Assembly: GCF_028641065.1 (NCBI RefSeq)
Contig: NC_073380.1
Coordinates: 65,906,001-65,970,000 of the forward strand
Length of the DNA stretch: 64,000 nucleotides
From: Leucoraja erinacea
Taxonomy: Eukaryota
Reading direction: 5' to 3'
The notes under the pieces: generated by a model
What the model was told of the DNA's origin: nothing
What the model saw: only the letters and a program-made list of their open reading frames with translations
Database searches by the model: none
Translations under genes and position numbers: made by a program
Shown here: piece by piece, positions 27,626 to 40,056 of the stretch
Layout: each line of letters begins with the position of its first letter
Position numbering within the stretch: position 1 is the stretch's first letter

Positions 27626-28407
27626 TATTAGCTTTACTCTACAGTTACCTTCTGTAATTCAAGCTGACTCTTAACAAAAGTTTTCAGTTACAATGCTGCA
27701 AAGTTTTTCCATTTTCTTGTATTTTTGTTATATAAGCATGCCTTACAACAATGCAAATGACTTTGTTGGTTTGGTCTATGCTGACATCACTCGGTGCATA
27801 TATTTTTCACATTGTAAATAAGCTTATATTATACTTCCTATTTTTTCTGTAAAACAAGCTGTGGTGTATCTTGATGAAATTAATGATAATCTACTGATAG
27901 ATTATAAAAGTTTTCTACACATGGCACCTGTGATCCCAGATAGCCCCCAACCCAGGCAACTATTGGTGTGCTAGTCACAGAAGGGGATTTGCAATCACAA
28001 GTTACATTCGTTCCACTCTTTTAAATCTCTACTCCTACAGCAACATTTCTTAATCCCTGTCATGTATCTGTACACTGTGAATGGCTCGGTTGTAATCAAG
28101 TATTACCGTTCCGCTGACTGGTTAGCATGCAACATAAGCTTTTCACTGTACCACGTTACACGTGACAATAAACTAAACTAAACTAAAACTAATGTAGAAT
28201 TATCCGTCCTGTTTGGAATGCCAATGGTCATCATGTTCAGTCTGATGTTGTAATGGCACTTGCAGATTTCATGCCTTTCTATATTGTGAAGTTTAGTTTA
28301 GAGATACAGCGCGGAAACAGGCCCTTCTGCCCACCGAGTACGCACACAACCAGTGATCCCCGCAAATTAACACTGCCCTACACAATCTAGTGACAATTTA
28401 CACTTAT

Positions 28408-30843
28408 CAGGTCTCGAAATTAGCAGTTGCTCGGGTGACCTAAATGCCGTAATTTTGCCCAGCTTGGCACTGCAGATACTGGTTTATACCGAAGATAGCC
28501 ATGAAAAACTGAAGTAACTGAGCGGGTCAGGCAGCATCTCTGGAGAAAAGGAACGTGATGTTTTGTGTCGGCGGTCATGACGTAGTGCCGAGCAAAGATA
28601 CGGGATGTGGGGTGACGGCGGGTCAGAGTGAATGACGGGCCCCTATAGGATCTTTGGCCGTGACAGTGATAGCAGCTCCTCCTCCTCCAGCACCTGCCCG
28701 CCCTGATAGCGGCTACTGCTTACCATCCACTAACGGCGATAGCGCTTTCAAAACAAACCCTCCCGCACGCCGAGGCCGGGAGGTGGGAGGCCCCCTTCCG
28801 CCATCTGAAGCAGCTGCACCGCTCGCGCCCGCACTTTCGGTTTGCTGGCGGAGGAGGGGAGGCGGTGGCGAGGAGTTCCCAACTGCCTCCGCCTTTGGCG
28901 GTGGCACTTGGCGGTGGACAGGAACGGCCGTGATGATACCGTTCCTGTCCGATGAGTGCTGACCTCCATTCCTCCCCGCCCTCTCTATCTCTTTCTTGTA
29001 CGCCCCCCTTATCCCGGGACCCCATCCTCTCCACTGATTCCCATTCCCACCTCTATTCAGTCCTCACTGACATGGGTATCACTGAACATGATGACCATTG
29101 GCATTCCGAACAGGACGGATAATTCTACATTAGCACTGTGCTCCCCTTCCCATCTACCCCCCCATCTTTTCATCCTGCACTGATCTTCCTATCCACCTCG
29201 CATTGATTCTCCTGCTCCCCCCGCCCCATCCATCCTACACTGGTCCCCCAATTCATCTGTACTCACCCCCTTTCCCATCCATTCTGCACTGCCTCCCCCA
29301 TTCATCCTGTACTGATCCCCTCATTCATCCTGTACTGATCCCCTCATTCATCCTGTACTGATCCCCTCATTCATCCTGTACTGATACCCCCCCCCCCCCG
29401 ATCCATCCTATACTGATTCCCTCATTCATCTTTTACTGATCCCCTCATTCATCCTGTACTGATCTCCCCATTCATCCAGTACTGATGCCCCCATCAATCC
29501 CATACTGATCCACCCCATTCAACCCCAGTGACATCCCCCGCACTCTCCCCTCACAATTGTACCTATTCCAACCAACACACACTAATTCCCCTGCCACAAT
29601 CCATCCATCCGGCACCTTGCCTTCTCACCCCCCCGCCATCTATCCATCCTGCACTGATTCACAGTCCCATCCCCCCGACCCTACTGCGCTGGAAATGTCT
29701 TCAAAGTGAAAATTGACTATGTTTGATAATGGAATGCAATCAAATGTGTTTTAAATCCCAATGCTATTATTTGTTTTGATCCATAAAGACGGATTAATTA
29801 AATTGTGAACACGTGAAACATTAAAACGGCAGAGTTTGATTGTCACTGCTACCGTTGACACGTTATTACAGAATTCATTTTAACGGCAAATCAATGCTCA
29901 TAATATGGAGTATCAGTACTGTTATGATCAACATTCACAACTATACGTTAGATTTATCCAGGTTTTACTTCTACAGTCGGTCATATACATCACAAATTTG
30001 GTCAGGAGATATTTCAGTTGAAATTTTAATGTTAATTCTGAGGTGGGAATGATGGAAACAGCGTTTATCAATAATTTTTTTTAAATCTGGGTATCTTCAT
30101 TGCTGCTCATAACACGTACATCTAAACTGAATGTCCGGTAAGGTGGCTTTTTGACACCCTTAAACGTATTACCAAAATAACATTTTTGCTGCTGTTATGT
30201 CCTTTGGCCATCTCTTGTCAGTTAGTGTAATGTCGGAAGGGTATAGTTGGTTTTTACAGCTATTATCATAAAATGCCTTTAGAAATGTCCTTGCAACCTG
30301 TATATTTTGTTATGGATAAATTATGTGGGAAGCGAGAGTGTTTCTGTACCAATAGCAATAACGACCCATGCTATGGCCATGTCATGATAATTTTTGGTCC
30401 TTCACAGAAAACATGCTTGCATCAATCTGTAGTGTGCATGGTTTCCATGGTCCAGGATTTATTGACACAGGTTGATCATAAGCTGAATAATCCAACCACA
30501 TTTTTGTTGGGAAGTGGAAAGAAATAATAGAAATTGTATTAATTGCAATGTGTAAAAAGAGTTGAGATACTGTATTATAAATTTGCTGCATGTCATTGTG
30601 GTATATATCATGTCTTGATTGGTGAATATGTTTAGTTTGTGACTTTATTTGAAGCAGAAATAATGCGCGAATGCTTCATTGAGCATAATTCCGACTGGTA
30701 ACTAACCACTTTGTTCGAGCACATTATCGCATGCGTCGTGCAAGCCGTCTTAAATTGACCACCTAAACTGTCATTTGGCAACCTAAAAAGCCACCTAAGT
30801 TGCTTGGCTGGCAACAGAGAAAAATAGTTAAGTGAGAGCCCTG
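28408..30843. mobile_element. Non-autonomous composite DNA transposon with apparent 5-bp TSD
   Basis: Ends caggtctcgaaatta / taagtgagagccctg (imperfect TIR), subterminal gttgc/ggcaac motifs, cttat duplicated on both sides; no transposase ORF. Confidence 0.75.
29250..29530. repeat. 23-bp minisatellite (tcattcatcctgtactgatcccc)n
   Basis: Exact units at 29321-29343 and 29344-29366, with degenerate units on both sides. Confidence 0.9.
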
Positions 30844-32676
30844 CTTATACCAAACCAACTAACCTACATACCTGTATGTCTTTGGAAGTATGGCAGGAAA
30901 CCGAAGATATCGGAGAAAACTCACGCAGAACAACGTATACAGACAGCACCCATAGTCGGGATTGAACCCAGGTTACTAGCGCTGCAAGCGCTGTAAGACA
31001 ACAATTTTACCGCTGCCCCACCGTGCTGACAAATTGTTAGGCTCCATATGCATTAAGCTTAAAAGCCCAAAATTTACAATCTGACTATACAGATGTTGGT
31101 GTATTTCTATTTTTGTACATGAATATCCATGGTTTCAGTTGTTTACTGCTATCAAATTGCAAAATGGTTACATGCCCATGGTTTTAGCAATGGCATTGTT
31201 TAAAAGAGTTGCCAATTTTGAAGTGAAAAAAAAGTTTTTTCAATTAAAGGACATAGCTCAACGGCAAAATAACTGCATTTACTGAAAAAAACCCACACTA
31301 CAGGTAGTTCTGAATAATGTGCGTTTCAATGCCATGAATTGGATATAATGCCAGTGATGACAGAGGTAACACTGCGTGTTTCATGCGGATGGAATTAGTT
31401 ATAATGCGATTTAGATTGAAAACTAGAAAACAGCTTAAAAGTTACTTCGGAAGTTGTCAACCATAAATTCCCGCAGTAATCAAACACCACTTAAGAACAG
31501 CTGTCACTGAAATTGTCAAGTAATTAGTTCTGTTGGCACTTTTGTAACAATATTAAACAATGTAACATGTACCCTTTAGTGTTTTTATCTTGTAGCAAAT
31601 CAATTAACATTTGTTATAGAAAAGACCAATACTTTTGAAAATAATGAGATTGATATATTTATTATGGCCTGTCTGAAACTTGAGCTCTCAATCCCCATCC
31701 CTCATTGACGTATTTGTCTTCATTACCCTTTTTTCTATAACACAAGGTTTCTTAAGAATGATATTACTATGGTCTATACACCATTGACTCATGATTGCAG
31801 AAGTATCTCTGTATGTTTCTATGAAATGAGAATGAATAGGAAGGCAAAGCAAAAAAAATGTACCTTCATGCAAAAAGTATGATCATAAGAACTCACACGA
31901 TTTATATTGAAAGAGCTCAGATGGCACAAACAGCTATACGGTAAGAGTGTCGATCAAAAGGACCAAGAATGAGAGAGATTTATCAAACCTTTCAGAGGAT
32001 GCTGACTAAGTAGAACAAATCATCTCAAGAAATGTCATCTCAGAATCTAAAGGAAGCTCCAGTAACGCCAGAGAAGTAACATTCACGGCTGCTTTTGATT
32101 TGCCACAGGTCAATGCAAAATTATATAAATTGCAGAAAAGTCACAAGGTGGTTACAATGGATCTGAATTATTCCAGCTTCAAATTCCAGCAATTTCTCTG
32201 CAAGCTTTAATTAAATTTACAATGGCATCTAAAGTCTCTTCCTCTACATTCCCAAACATCTATCTTCAGTTTCCTCTTTGTTGTCTTTTACATGCTGCCT
32301 GCTGGTGATTTGTCCAAAAAGAAACTCTCGTGTGTAAGCTGACCTCACCCCCTTCTAATGTGAAACCATTTCCTCATCATCCACTCTTGGATGATCTACA
32401 GTTTCCTACAGTTCAAGATTGAAAAGATTGTAGAAGTTGTTCTAGGTCCATCACTAATTACAAATTATTTGCTAGTTATGACCTCGGGTGCAACCAAACT
32501 ATTTAAACCTTAATAGTTTGGTTGCACCCGAACTATTGACAGAGGTAACACTGCGTGTTTCATGCGGATGGAACACGCAGTCCATTCCTTCTCTCCAGAG
32601 ATGCTGCCTGTCTGCTGAAATACTCCAGAATGTTGTATTTATTTTCAGTTTAAGCCCGCATCTGCAGTTCCTTCCT

Positions 32677-33108
32677 ACATAGAAACATAGAAAATAGGTG
32701 CAGGAGTAGGCCATTCTTCCCTTCGAGCCTACACCGCCATTCAATATGATCATGACTGATCATCCAACTCAGTATCCTGTACCTCCATACCCCCTGATCC
32801 CATTAGCCACAAGGGCCACATCTAACTCCCTCTTAAATATAGCCAATGAACTGGCCTCAACTACCTTCTGTGGCAGAGAATTCCAGAGATTCACCACTCT
32901 CTGTGTGAAAAATGTTTTCCTCATCTCGGTCCTAAAAGATTTCCCCCTTATCCTTAAACTGTGATCCCTTGTTCTGGACTTCCCCAACATCTGGAACAAT
33001 CTTCCTGCATCTAGCCTGTCCAACCCCTTAAGAATTTTGTAAGTTTCTATAAGATCCCCCCTCAATCTTCTAAATTCTAGCGAGTACAAACCGTGTTTAT
33101 CCAGTCTT
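32677..33108 (-). mobile_element. CR1 3' fragment
   Basis: YSLEFRRLRGDLIETYKI...FFTQRVVNLWNSLP; (catagaaa)n tail. Confidence 0.9.
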
Positions 33109-33396
33109 TATATATTTGCTGTCCTGTGCACACCTAAAATTCAGTCCTATAGTCTTGGACCACAAAAACTTACTTCCATCTATTAGATATTCTCTTGCTT
33201 CATTCCAAACCTCAGCCTATTTGTTGCTGAAATTGTCCTTTGCATCTTCATTACCCCAGACTCTCCCAATAGCCATGCCTGCTACCCTCTAGGGCCATAC
33301 GCTGACTTTTATTTCTCCAGAATAACACAATGACAGTCATGCCTTCTACTCTCCATTATTTCTCTTGTTGGAATTCCTTTCATTGTGCCTGTACAT

Positions 33397-34787
33397 CAGG
33401 CACGTACTGTGAGTAATTACTCAGGGTAGGCAGTCAGTCGGCTTGAAAAAAAATCTTAAACCGTGCATGCGCAGATTGTTCTCTCTGTAAAAATAAAAAA
33501 TAAAAATAAGTAACAATTCAATTTGCCCAAGGCTTTTAAATCTCCTTCATTTTTTAATTACTGAATGGGTGGGCGATGGAGGATGAAGGCAGGTGGAGAG
33601 ACGGTGGGACAAACGGGAGCACACCGGACATGTTGAATCAGTTGTCATCTTATTGAATGACAATACTAATTCAAGGGACCAATTGGAGGGAGGGTTCCTT
33701 TCACAGCGTGTGGAGAGTCTGTGCCAGGGGTTAAAGGTGCGGGGAGGGCAGGAGTGTAGAGAAGGAGGGGGTCGGAGATCATATGTAACTCACCCAGGCA
33801 TGGACCGCAGAACTGGCCGCCACTTCCGGTGAAGGAAGCAGCTCGAATGACCGTGAGCGGCCGCCGGGACCAGACAGCAGAACCGGCTGCCACTTCAGCG
33901 CCTTCTGCCGGCCCACTCACCTCCGGCAGTGCTCTCCATCTGAACATCTCTCACCTGCCGCTCACCGGCTTCGCTCATGTCAGCCGGTTCCTGCAAATCC
34001 CTAAATTCCGACTGCCATGTAACCTCAATTAGTCCTTTGAACATGCTGTCGGATTTTAAGGATTTGCGGGAAACGGCTGAAATGAATGAGACCGGTGAGC
34101 GGCAGGAAGAGGTTTTCACACAGAGAGCTGCCAGAGGTGAGCGGGGACTGGCAGAAGGGGCTGTCCCGTCCCGGTGGCCACTCGCAGCCACCCGAGCCAA
34201 TTCATTCCCCGGCCACAATGCGTCGCAAGTGGGTTACTGGCCCACGATTCCCTCCTTCACAACGCTCCTGCCCTCCCCGCAACTTTACCCTGGGCCAGTT
34301 CCCCAAACACTGTGAAAGGAGCTCCCCCCACCCCGGAAAATAATGTATTTAAAAACATAAAGCACCAAGAAATGTAATTACCACATCATTGGTACACAAA
34401 CTCCATTCTTCTCTCTTTGTTTCCAAAAATACTCTTAAAATAATGACAATCCATATTTGTAAAACCCGCCAAGAAACTTGCGCTGCGCTTGCGCAGTAGG
34501 CTGCTGCGCATGTGCAGTACTGCAAAGGCAGAATTTCAGCTTCCTTCAGCCCCGCTTGTCATTGACGGCTTCAAGCAGCGCTGACGGCACATGGGCTGCA
34601 CAGACCTTCGCGTGTTGCAAGTGCTGCGGTTGAAAGGCACGGAGAATTATACCTACCTAAGAGATTGATCTCTTAGATAGGCTTAATTCTCCCATGCCTT
34701 TACTATTTATATTTTATAAAATACCATTTCATAATTTTAGTCAGGGTATGCAGTGCCTATCTTGCCTACCCTGACGGCACGCGCCTG
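33397..34787. mobile_element. Non-autonomous hAT-like DNA transposon
   Basis: Ends caggcacgtactgt...tcagggtaggca and tgcctaccctgacggcacgcgcctg; 8-bp flanks ctgtacat / ctgcacct (6 of 8); GC-rich interior with no transposase. Confidence 0.75.
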
Positions 34788-34999
34788 CTGCACCTACACC
34801 TCCTCTTTTTAAGATTTCAGCTAAAAGGCACAATCTTGATTAAGCTTTGTACAATTCCAGCATTCATACCCTTCTTTGATTTGATCTCCAAGCGTGCCCT
34901 TGACAAATGTGTTTGATCATTTTATTATATTAAAGGTACTATATATGTGTGCATGTTGCTGGTCTCAACTAAATACAGAAAGAGATACAATTTGCCAAG

Positions 35000-35358
35000 A
35001 ATTGTACAAAATCATGAGAGGAATGTATCGGGTAGATGCACAGAGTCCCTTGCCCAGAGTAGGGGAATCGAGGACCAGATGACATAGGTTCAAGGTGAAG
35101 GGGTAAAGATTTAATAGGAATCTGAGGGGTAACCTTTTCACACAAGGAGTGGTGGGTGTATGGAGCAAGCTGCTAGAGGAGATAGTAGAGGCTGTGACTA
35201 TCCCAACGTTTAAGAAACAGTTAGACAGGTACAAGGATAGGACCGGTTAGGAGGGATATGAACCAGGCGCCGGCAAGTGGGAGTATTATAGCTGGGACAT
35301 TGTTGGCCCATGTGGGCATGTTAGGCCGAAGGGCCTGTTTCCACATTGTATCACTCTA
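35000..35358 (+). mobile_element. CR1 3' fragment
   Basis: tacaaaatcatgagagg...ttttcacacaaggagtggtgggtgtatgg...gggcctgtttccaca; same family as 54170-54455. Confidence 0.8.
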
Positions 35359-36865
35359 ATTGCTTCAATGCAACTGAAGTTATGGGAGTGATGTTCTCCT
35401 ACTTGTCCACTGTAAGGAGGTAGATAGCAACAGGCTCGTTAGATAACATTGCAAACATAGGATGTTATCCTGTTCTTATTTTAATCACATATCTGTGCCC
35501 AGGAGTATTTCAACCTGCTGCTAATTTGTTTAATTCGCATGACTTAACTGTGGAGCTCCACTAAGTTGTTGAGAGCCAAATTTAACAAGTGCTTGCATCT
35601 ATGACAAGAAAACCTTGCTTCTCTGGAAAAAAATTACTGTATTTATTAGAATAAACTTAAAAAGTTGTTTAATATGCCAATGCAACAAATATATGGTTTT
35701 CTAATCTGCAAATGTATTGCTGGTTCTGTACAATTTTACATTTCAAGAATTTTAAGTTATTAGTTGGAGTCTGATTTTTAAGATGGAACAAAAAGGTATT
35801 TTACAATTAATTTGGAGAAAGTAAGAGCTTATTTTCAATGAGTTCAATGTCTAATGATTTAGTGCAAAGCCTCATTTAGAAATTTCACATAAGACCCAAT
35901 ATAGTCTTCCATATTGAAAATTATTTTTGCAGAATATGAAATACCATTCTCAATTATACCTGCAACTGATATTATTTTTATTAAGGTCATAAAATATTAA
36001 TTACCATGCAAAAAACTTTTCAGATGTTTACCTGACTGGAAATCCAGCCTTCTTATTTTACCAAGCAATTGTATCCAGAATGGGGTTGTTTCTGACAGTA
36101 ATCTTTATTAACACTACAATTACAATATAATCAGAAATCTGTTATTTACACTGAATTTCTCCCCTAAAGAAGTGTTTTCTAAAACATTTAAAACAAAGCA
36201 TTAGTACAAATAGCCTAAACCAAAGAAATCCTGTTTCCATGGCGACATTGATTTTGTAGCTTTGCCTGAGATCAGATAAGACAAAAATATTCATTTGCTT
36301 TAAAGACTGGATTACCAAACAACATATGGAGAGCAATTGCAGTATGTGCCTATTTAATATCCTCCTCAAAAGGAAAATCAACTGGTCAACATCATGGTGA
36401 CCTACATCAAGGCAGAGAATGTACCATGGAGTAATTAGCTGTATCACGCCAATAAAAATATTGGTTGTAAGCTTCAAGATCTAAACTTCAATGAATGAAT
36501 GATTTAAAAATTATACTTTGCCCTCGGTCCCAATTTGAAAGTAACTACATTAACATGGAAGAATAACAATAACATTGATCATAAAATTTAAAAGTACTCC
36601 AAATTAATTCAAATTGTCCACAATGCTAAATTGAAAAGGATAGAAATGTGCTCTTAATATTAATTTTACTTCGGAGTCACGTGAGTGACTACGTGAAGAA
36701 CCCCGCCAGGATGCATGCGTGTCATATCGCTACACGCATTGCGAAACAGTCAGGCGGGGTGGAACGACGGTCCCCCGCAGCGGTAGTTTAAAAGCCGGAA
36801 CCTGCAGGTAAGTGTTAACCTGCGGTCTTTTTGTGTTTTCCCATACTGATTACAGGTGGGGAGCA

Positions 36866-38091
36866 TGGACAAGCCGAAGAAAGCAACGAGGGCTGCGACA
36901 AAGCTGGTGGGGGAGGACCGCGGAGTAGCGGGCAGCCAGCAGCGGCCAGCGGCACATGAATCACCTATAATGGGATCAGCTGTGCCCGATGTCGCCTCCG
37001 CACCGGCCAGATCCACTCCGCTGCCGGGCGGTAAGGCAAAACAGAAAACCAACAAAGTCGTTGACTCAGATGAGTCCGAATTTGAACAGCCACGGGCGGC
37101 CAGCAACCGTGAGCGCTGAAGCTGGATGGAGCGGTGTGTGGAGCATTTGCTCCAACGTGACAGGCTCGGGGAGATGGAGTCGAATCACTATGGAAAACCC
37201 ACAGCAGCACCTCTTGTAGGGCTGCACAGTGCTTCTCCCTCGTCAGAGGGGAGTACTGGGGGTCAGTACTGGGCTGATCCTGAAGAGGGGTTTGCAGAAG
37301 AGAAATCAAGTGTGCAGGGGATGCAGGAACGAGAAAATCTGCTGGACATGGTGTCCAACTTCATACAGCCAGACCAGACTGGCCAAAACCTGGAGCAAAA
37401 ACTAGCTGCCAGTATAGATTATATGTCCTTTAACCAGCTACAAGAACAGGCTGTATTGGACACCACGTCAAGACACCTGGCACCGGGTAACTATATATCC
37501 CTGAATGTTCCTGTAGTAAATACTTGTATATGGAAACATATTGGAATAGGAGTTAGAGGCATGGATATCAAACTCCAAAAGGTATTAAAACTCCTAACAG
37601 CGGGGATAACAGCTTTCACCCGCACAGTGGATGAGAAGGACATGTCGCAGGACCAACAGGATGCACTGGCATTGCTTTGCAACACACAATATGAAATAAA
37701 CAGCATCAGGAAGAGTGCCATCCGACCTACTTTAAACCCGAAATTCGCGGGTCTGTGCAAACCTGGAAACGTAAAACCACCAATTCTACTATTTGGAGGT
37801 AACCTATCGAAGCAAGTCAAGGAGCTCGATGAGGAAGCAAAAACTCTGGGACTCATAAAAGGGACTTCATCAAAAACCCACTACGGCCATAGACAGCACC
37901 CTTACGCACCCACCAGTAGAACAAGACTGACTGGTGAAAGCTCGAAGGTCCGGTACACCGAACATGAGTCTTTTTTAGGCCATGGCCCAGGCCGGCCTTC
38001 TTGGAAGATACGCAAACCTCCAACATCAACCAAACCACAAACCCAGACACCGACGCCTCAACATCAACGAAGGATTTACAAAAAGAAGTAA
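36866..38091 (+). pseudogene. DIRS ORF1 (gag-like) with one in-frame stop
   Basis: ORFs 36856-37119 and 37126-38091 are in the same frame, separated by TGA at 37117; LFGGNL motif and basic C-terminus. Confidence 0.7.
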
Positions 38092-39562
38092 ACCTGCCAC
38101 TGGTAACTATGGAGGTAGGTGGGTCTGGTTCCCTACAAATTGCAGGGAGCATGGAGGTTGGGGGGAGATTACACTCCTTTCTGGATGCATGGAGTATGTT
38201 AACTACCGACACTTATATTTTAAGCAGTATCCAGGGATATACCATAGAATTTATACACAAGTACAGCCCTCCAGTTCAACATATACCGAACCGAATGTTC
38301 GTACTTTCCGGTAAAGAAAAATCAGAAGCGCATGCTGAACTGAAGCGGCTTTACGCAAAAGGGGTAATTGAAAAATCCCAACATGAACCGCTAGAATTCG
38401 TGTCCAATATCTTTACCAAAAACAAAAAAGATGGTGGTTGTCGCATCATCATAGATCTGACCAAATTGATTACATTATATTCATTTAAAAATGGAAACCT
38501 TTGTTACTGCAAAACAATTGATTTCCAAAGGTTACTTCATGGCTAGCATCGATTTAAAAGATGCTTACTATTCAGTGCCTATACGAGGTGACCACAGATG
38601 TTACTTAAAATTCAACTGGATGGGACAGCCGTGGCAGTATAGAGCGCTGCCAAATGGGTTAACATCAGCCCCAAGGCTGTTCACAAAAATTTTGAAACCA
38701 GCCCTAGCGTTTCTACGGAAATGAAAACACATGGTCATGGCATATCTAGATGACATACTTATTGTGGGCAAAACTTTGGAATTGGCCAAACTGTAACAGC
38801 CACAAAACAGTTATTTGAAAAACTGGGGTTTATCATCCATCCAGTTAAATCTAAATTAACGCCTTCCACTACTATGGACTATTTGGGGTTCATCATTGAC
38901 TCAGTTCACATGTCGGTGACTTTGCCAAAGGGAAAGGCTATAGACTTAATAGAGGCTTGCAATAACCTAATTGACATCAGTAAACCGTCCATCAGATTGG
39001 TAGCAAAATTGGCAAAATGGTGGCTGCTTTTCCAGCCACACAATTTGGACCTTTACATTACCAAAATTTACAGAGAGCAAAAATACAAGCACTCAAAATT
39101 AATGCTGGTCATTTTGACAGACCTATGAAACTACCAATCAAAGCTATAATGGAACTAAAATGGTGGATAGATAACATTCGGCTTTGTTTCAATCCAATTA
39201 TTATCAGCAACCCTTCTATGGTGCTACAAACTGATGCCAGTGCACTAGGGTGGGGAGCCACCAATTCCATCTCCAGCTGTGGAGGTAGATGGACTGCTCA
39301 GGAGGCATCATTATTACTAACACCGGGCATAAACTACCTGGAAATGTTGGGTGCATTCTATGGCCTAAAGTCATATTGTACTGGGTCATATCACCAGCAT
39401 GTTAGACTACAGATTGACAATACCACCATGGTAGCATATATCAACCACATGGGTTGAAACAAATCGACATCATGTGACAATCTGGCTAATACAATTTGGC
39501 AATGGTGTATCCAGAGAGATATTTGGATATCAGCTACTTACCTACCAGGTAAACTAAATTTA
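38001..39562 (+). pseudogene. DIRS reverse transcriptase and RNase H, disrupted
   Basis: KKDGGCRIIIDL, SIDLKDAYYSVP, LPNGLTSAPRLFTK, AYLDDILI (RT); QTDASALGWG, INYLEM, QIDNTT (RNase H); several frameshifts and stops. Confidence 0.9.
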
Positions 39563-40018
39563 GTGGCAGACACCAGGTCACGCAAATTTAATGAAAACAC
39601 TGAATGGATGTTGAATAAAAAAGTATTTGCTGATATTACAGCATGGTATGGAACACCAGATATCGATCTAATCGCATCCAGGCTTAATCACCAGTTATCA
39701 AACTATGTTTCGTGGGAACCAGACCCTGGGGCAGTGGCGACAGATGCATTTTCGCTGCATTGGGGGAAATTGTTTATTTATGCATTCCCTCCTTTCTGCC
39801 TCATCAGTCGGGTATTAAGGAAAATACAGCAAGACTCTGCGTCTGGTATTTTGGTAGTACCCGATTGGCCTACTCAACCATGGTTCCCAGTGATACTGAA
39901 CATGGTATTAGAACCATGTATCACCATCCCGAATAGACCAGACTTATTGGTTCATCCCGTAACGAGGGATAGCCACCCATGCCATAACTATTTGAATTTA
40001 TTAATTTGTAGAGTCTAA
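39563..40018 (+). pseudogene. DIRS DNA N6-adenine methyltransferase-like domain (C-terminal part of pol)
   Basis: EWML...PDIDLIAS...DAF...W...YAFPPF...VPDWPTQPWF, the Dam-like domain known from DIRS1 elements. Confidence 0.8.
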
Positions 40019-40056
40019 AAATACCACTACTACAGCTGGGACTGACGGACCGAACA

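Larger units (their letters stand above)
28290..31027 (-). mobile_element. V-SINE (HE1-like) split by a DNA transposon (pieces 28290-28407 and 30844-31027)
   Basis: Joined pieces read tgacaatttacacttataccaaaccaactaacctaca, collinear with the reverse complement of 8-294. Confidence 0.8.

Noticed and set aside
28654-29183. Overlapping GC-rich ORFs, also at 33593-34377 and 46915-47822
   Set aside because: Low-complexity frames without recognisable domains, expected in GC-rich DNA.
29250-29530. CRISPR-like repeat array
   Set aside because: Units are contiguous with no unique spacers, in a eukaryotic context; it is a minisatellite. The same applies to 52009-52157.
31299-31412. Tigger/pogo-like terminal repeat (ta-caggtagtt)
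   Set aside because: No matching opposite end found; too decayed to call.
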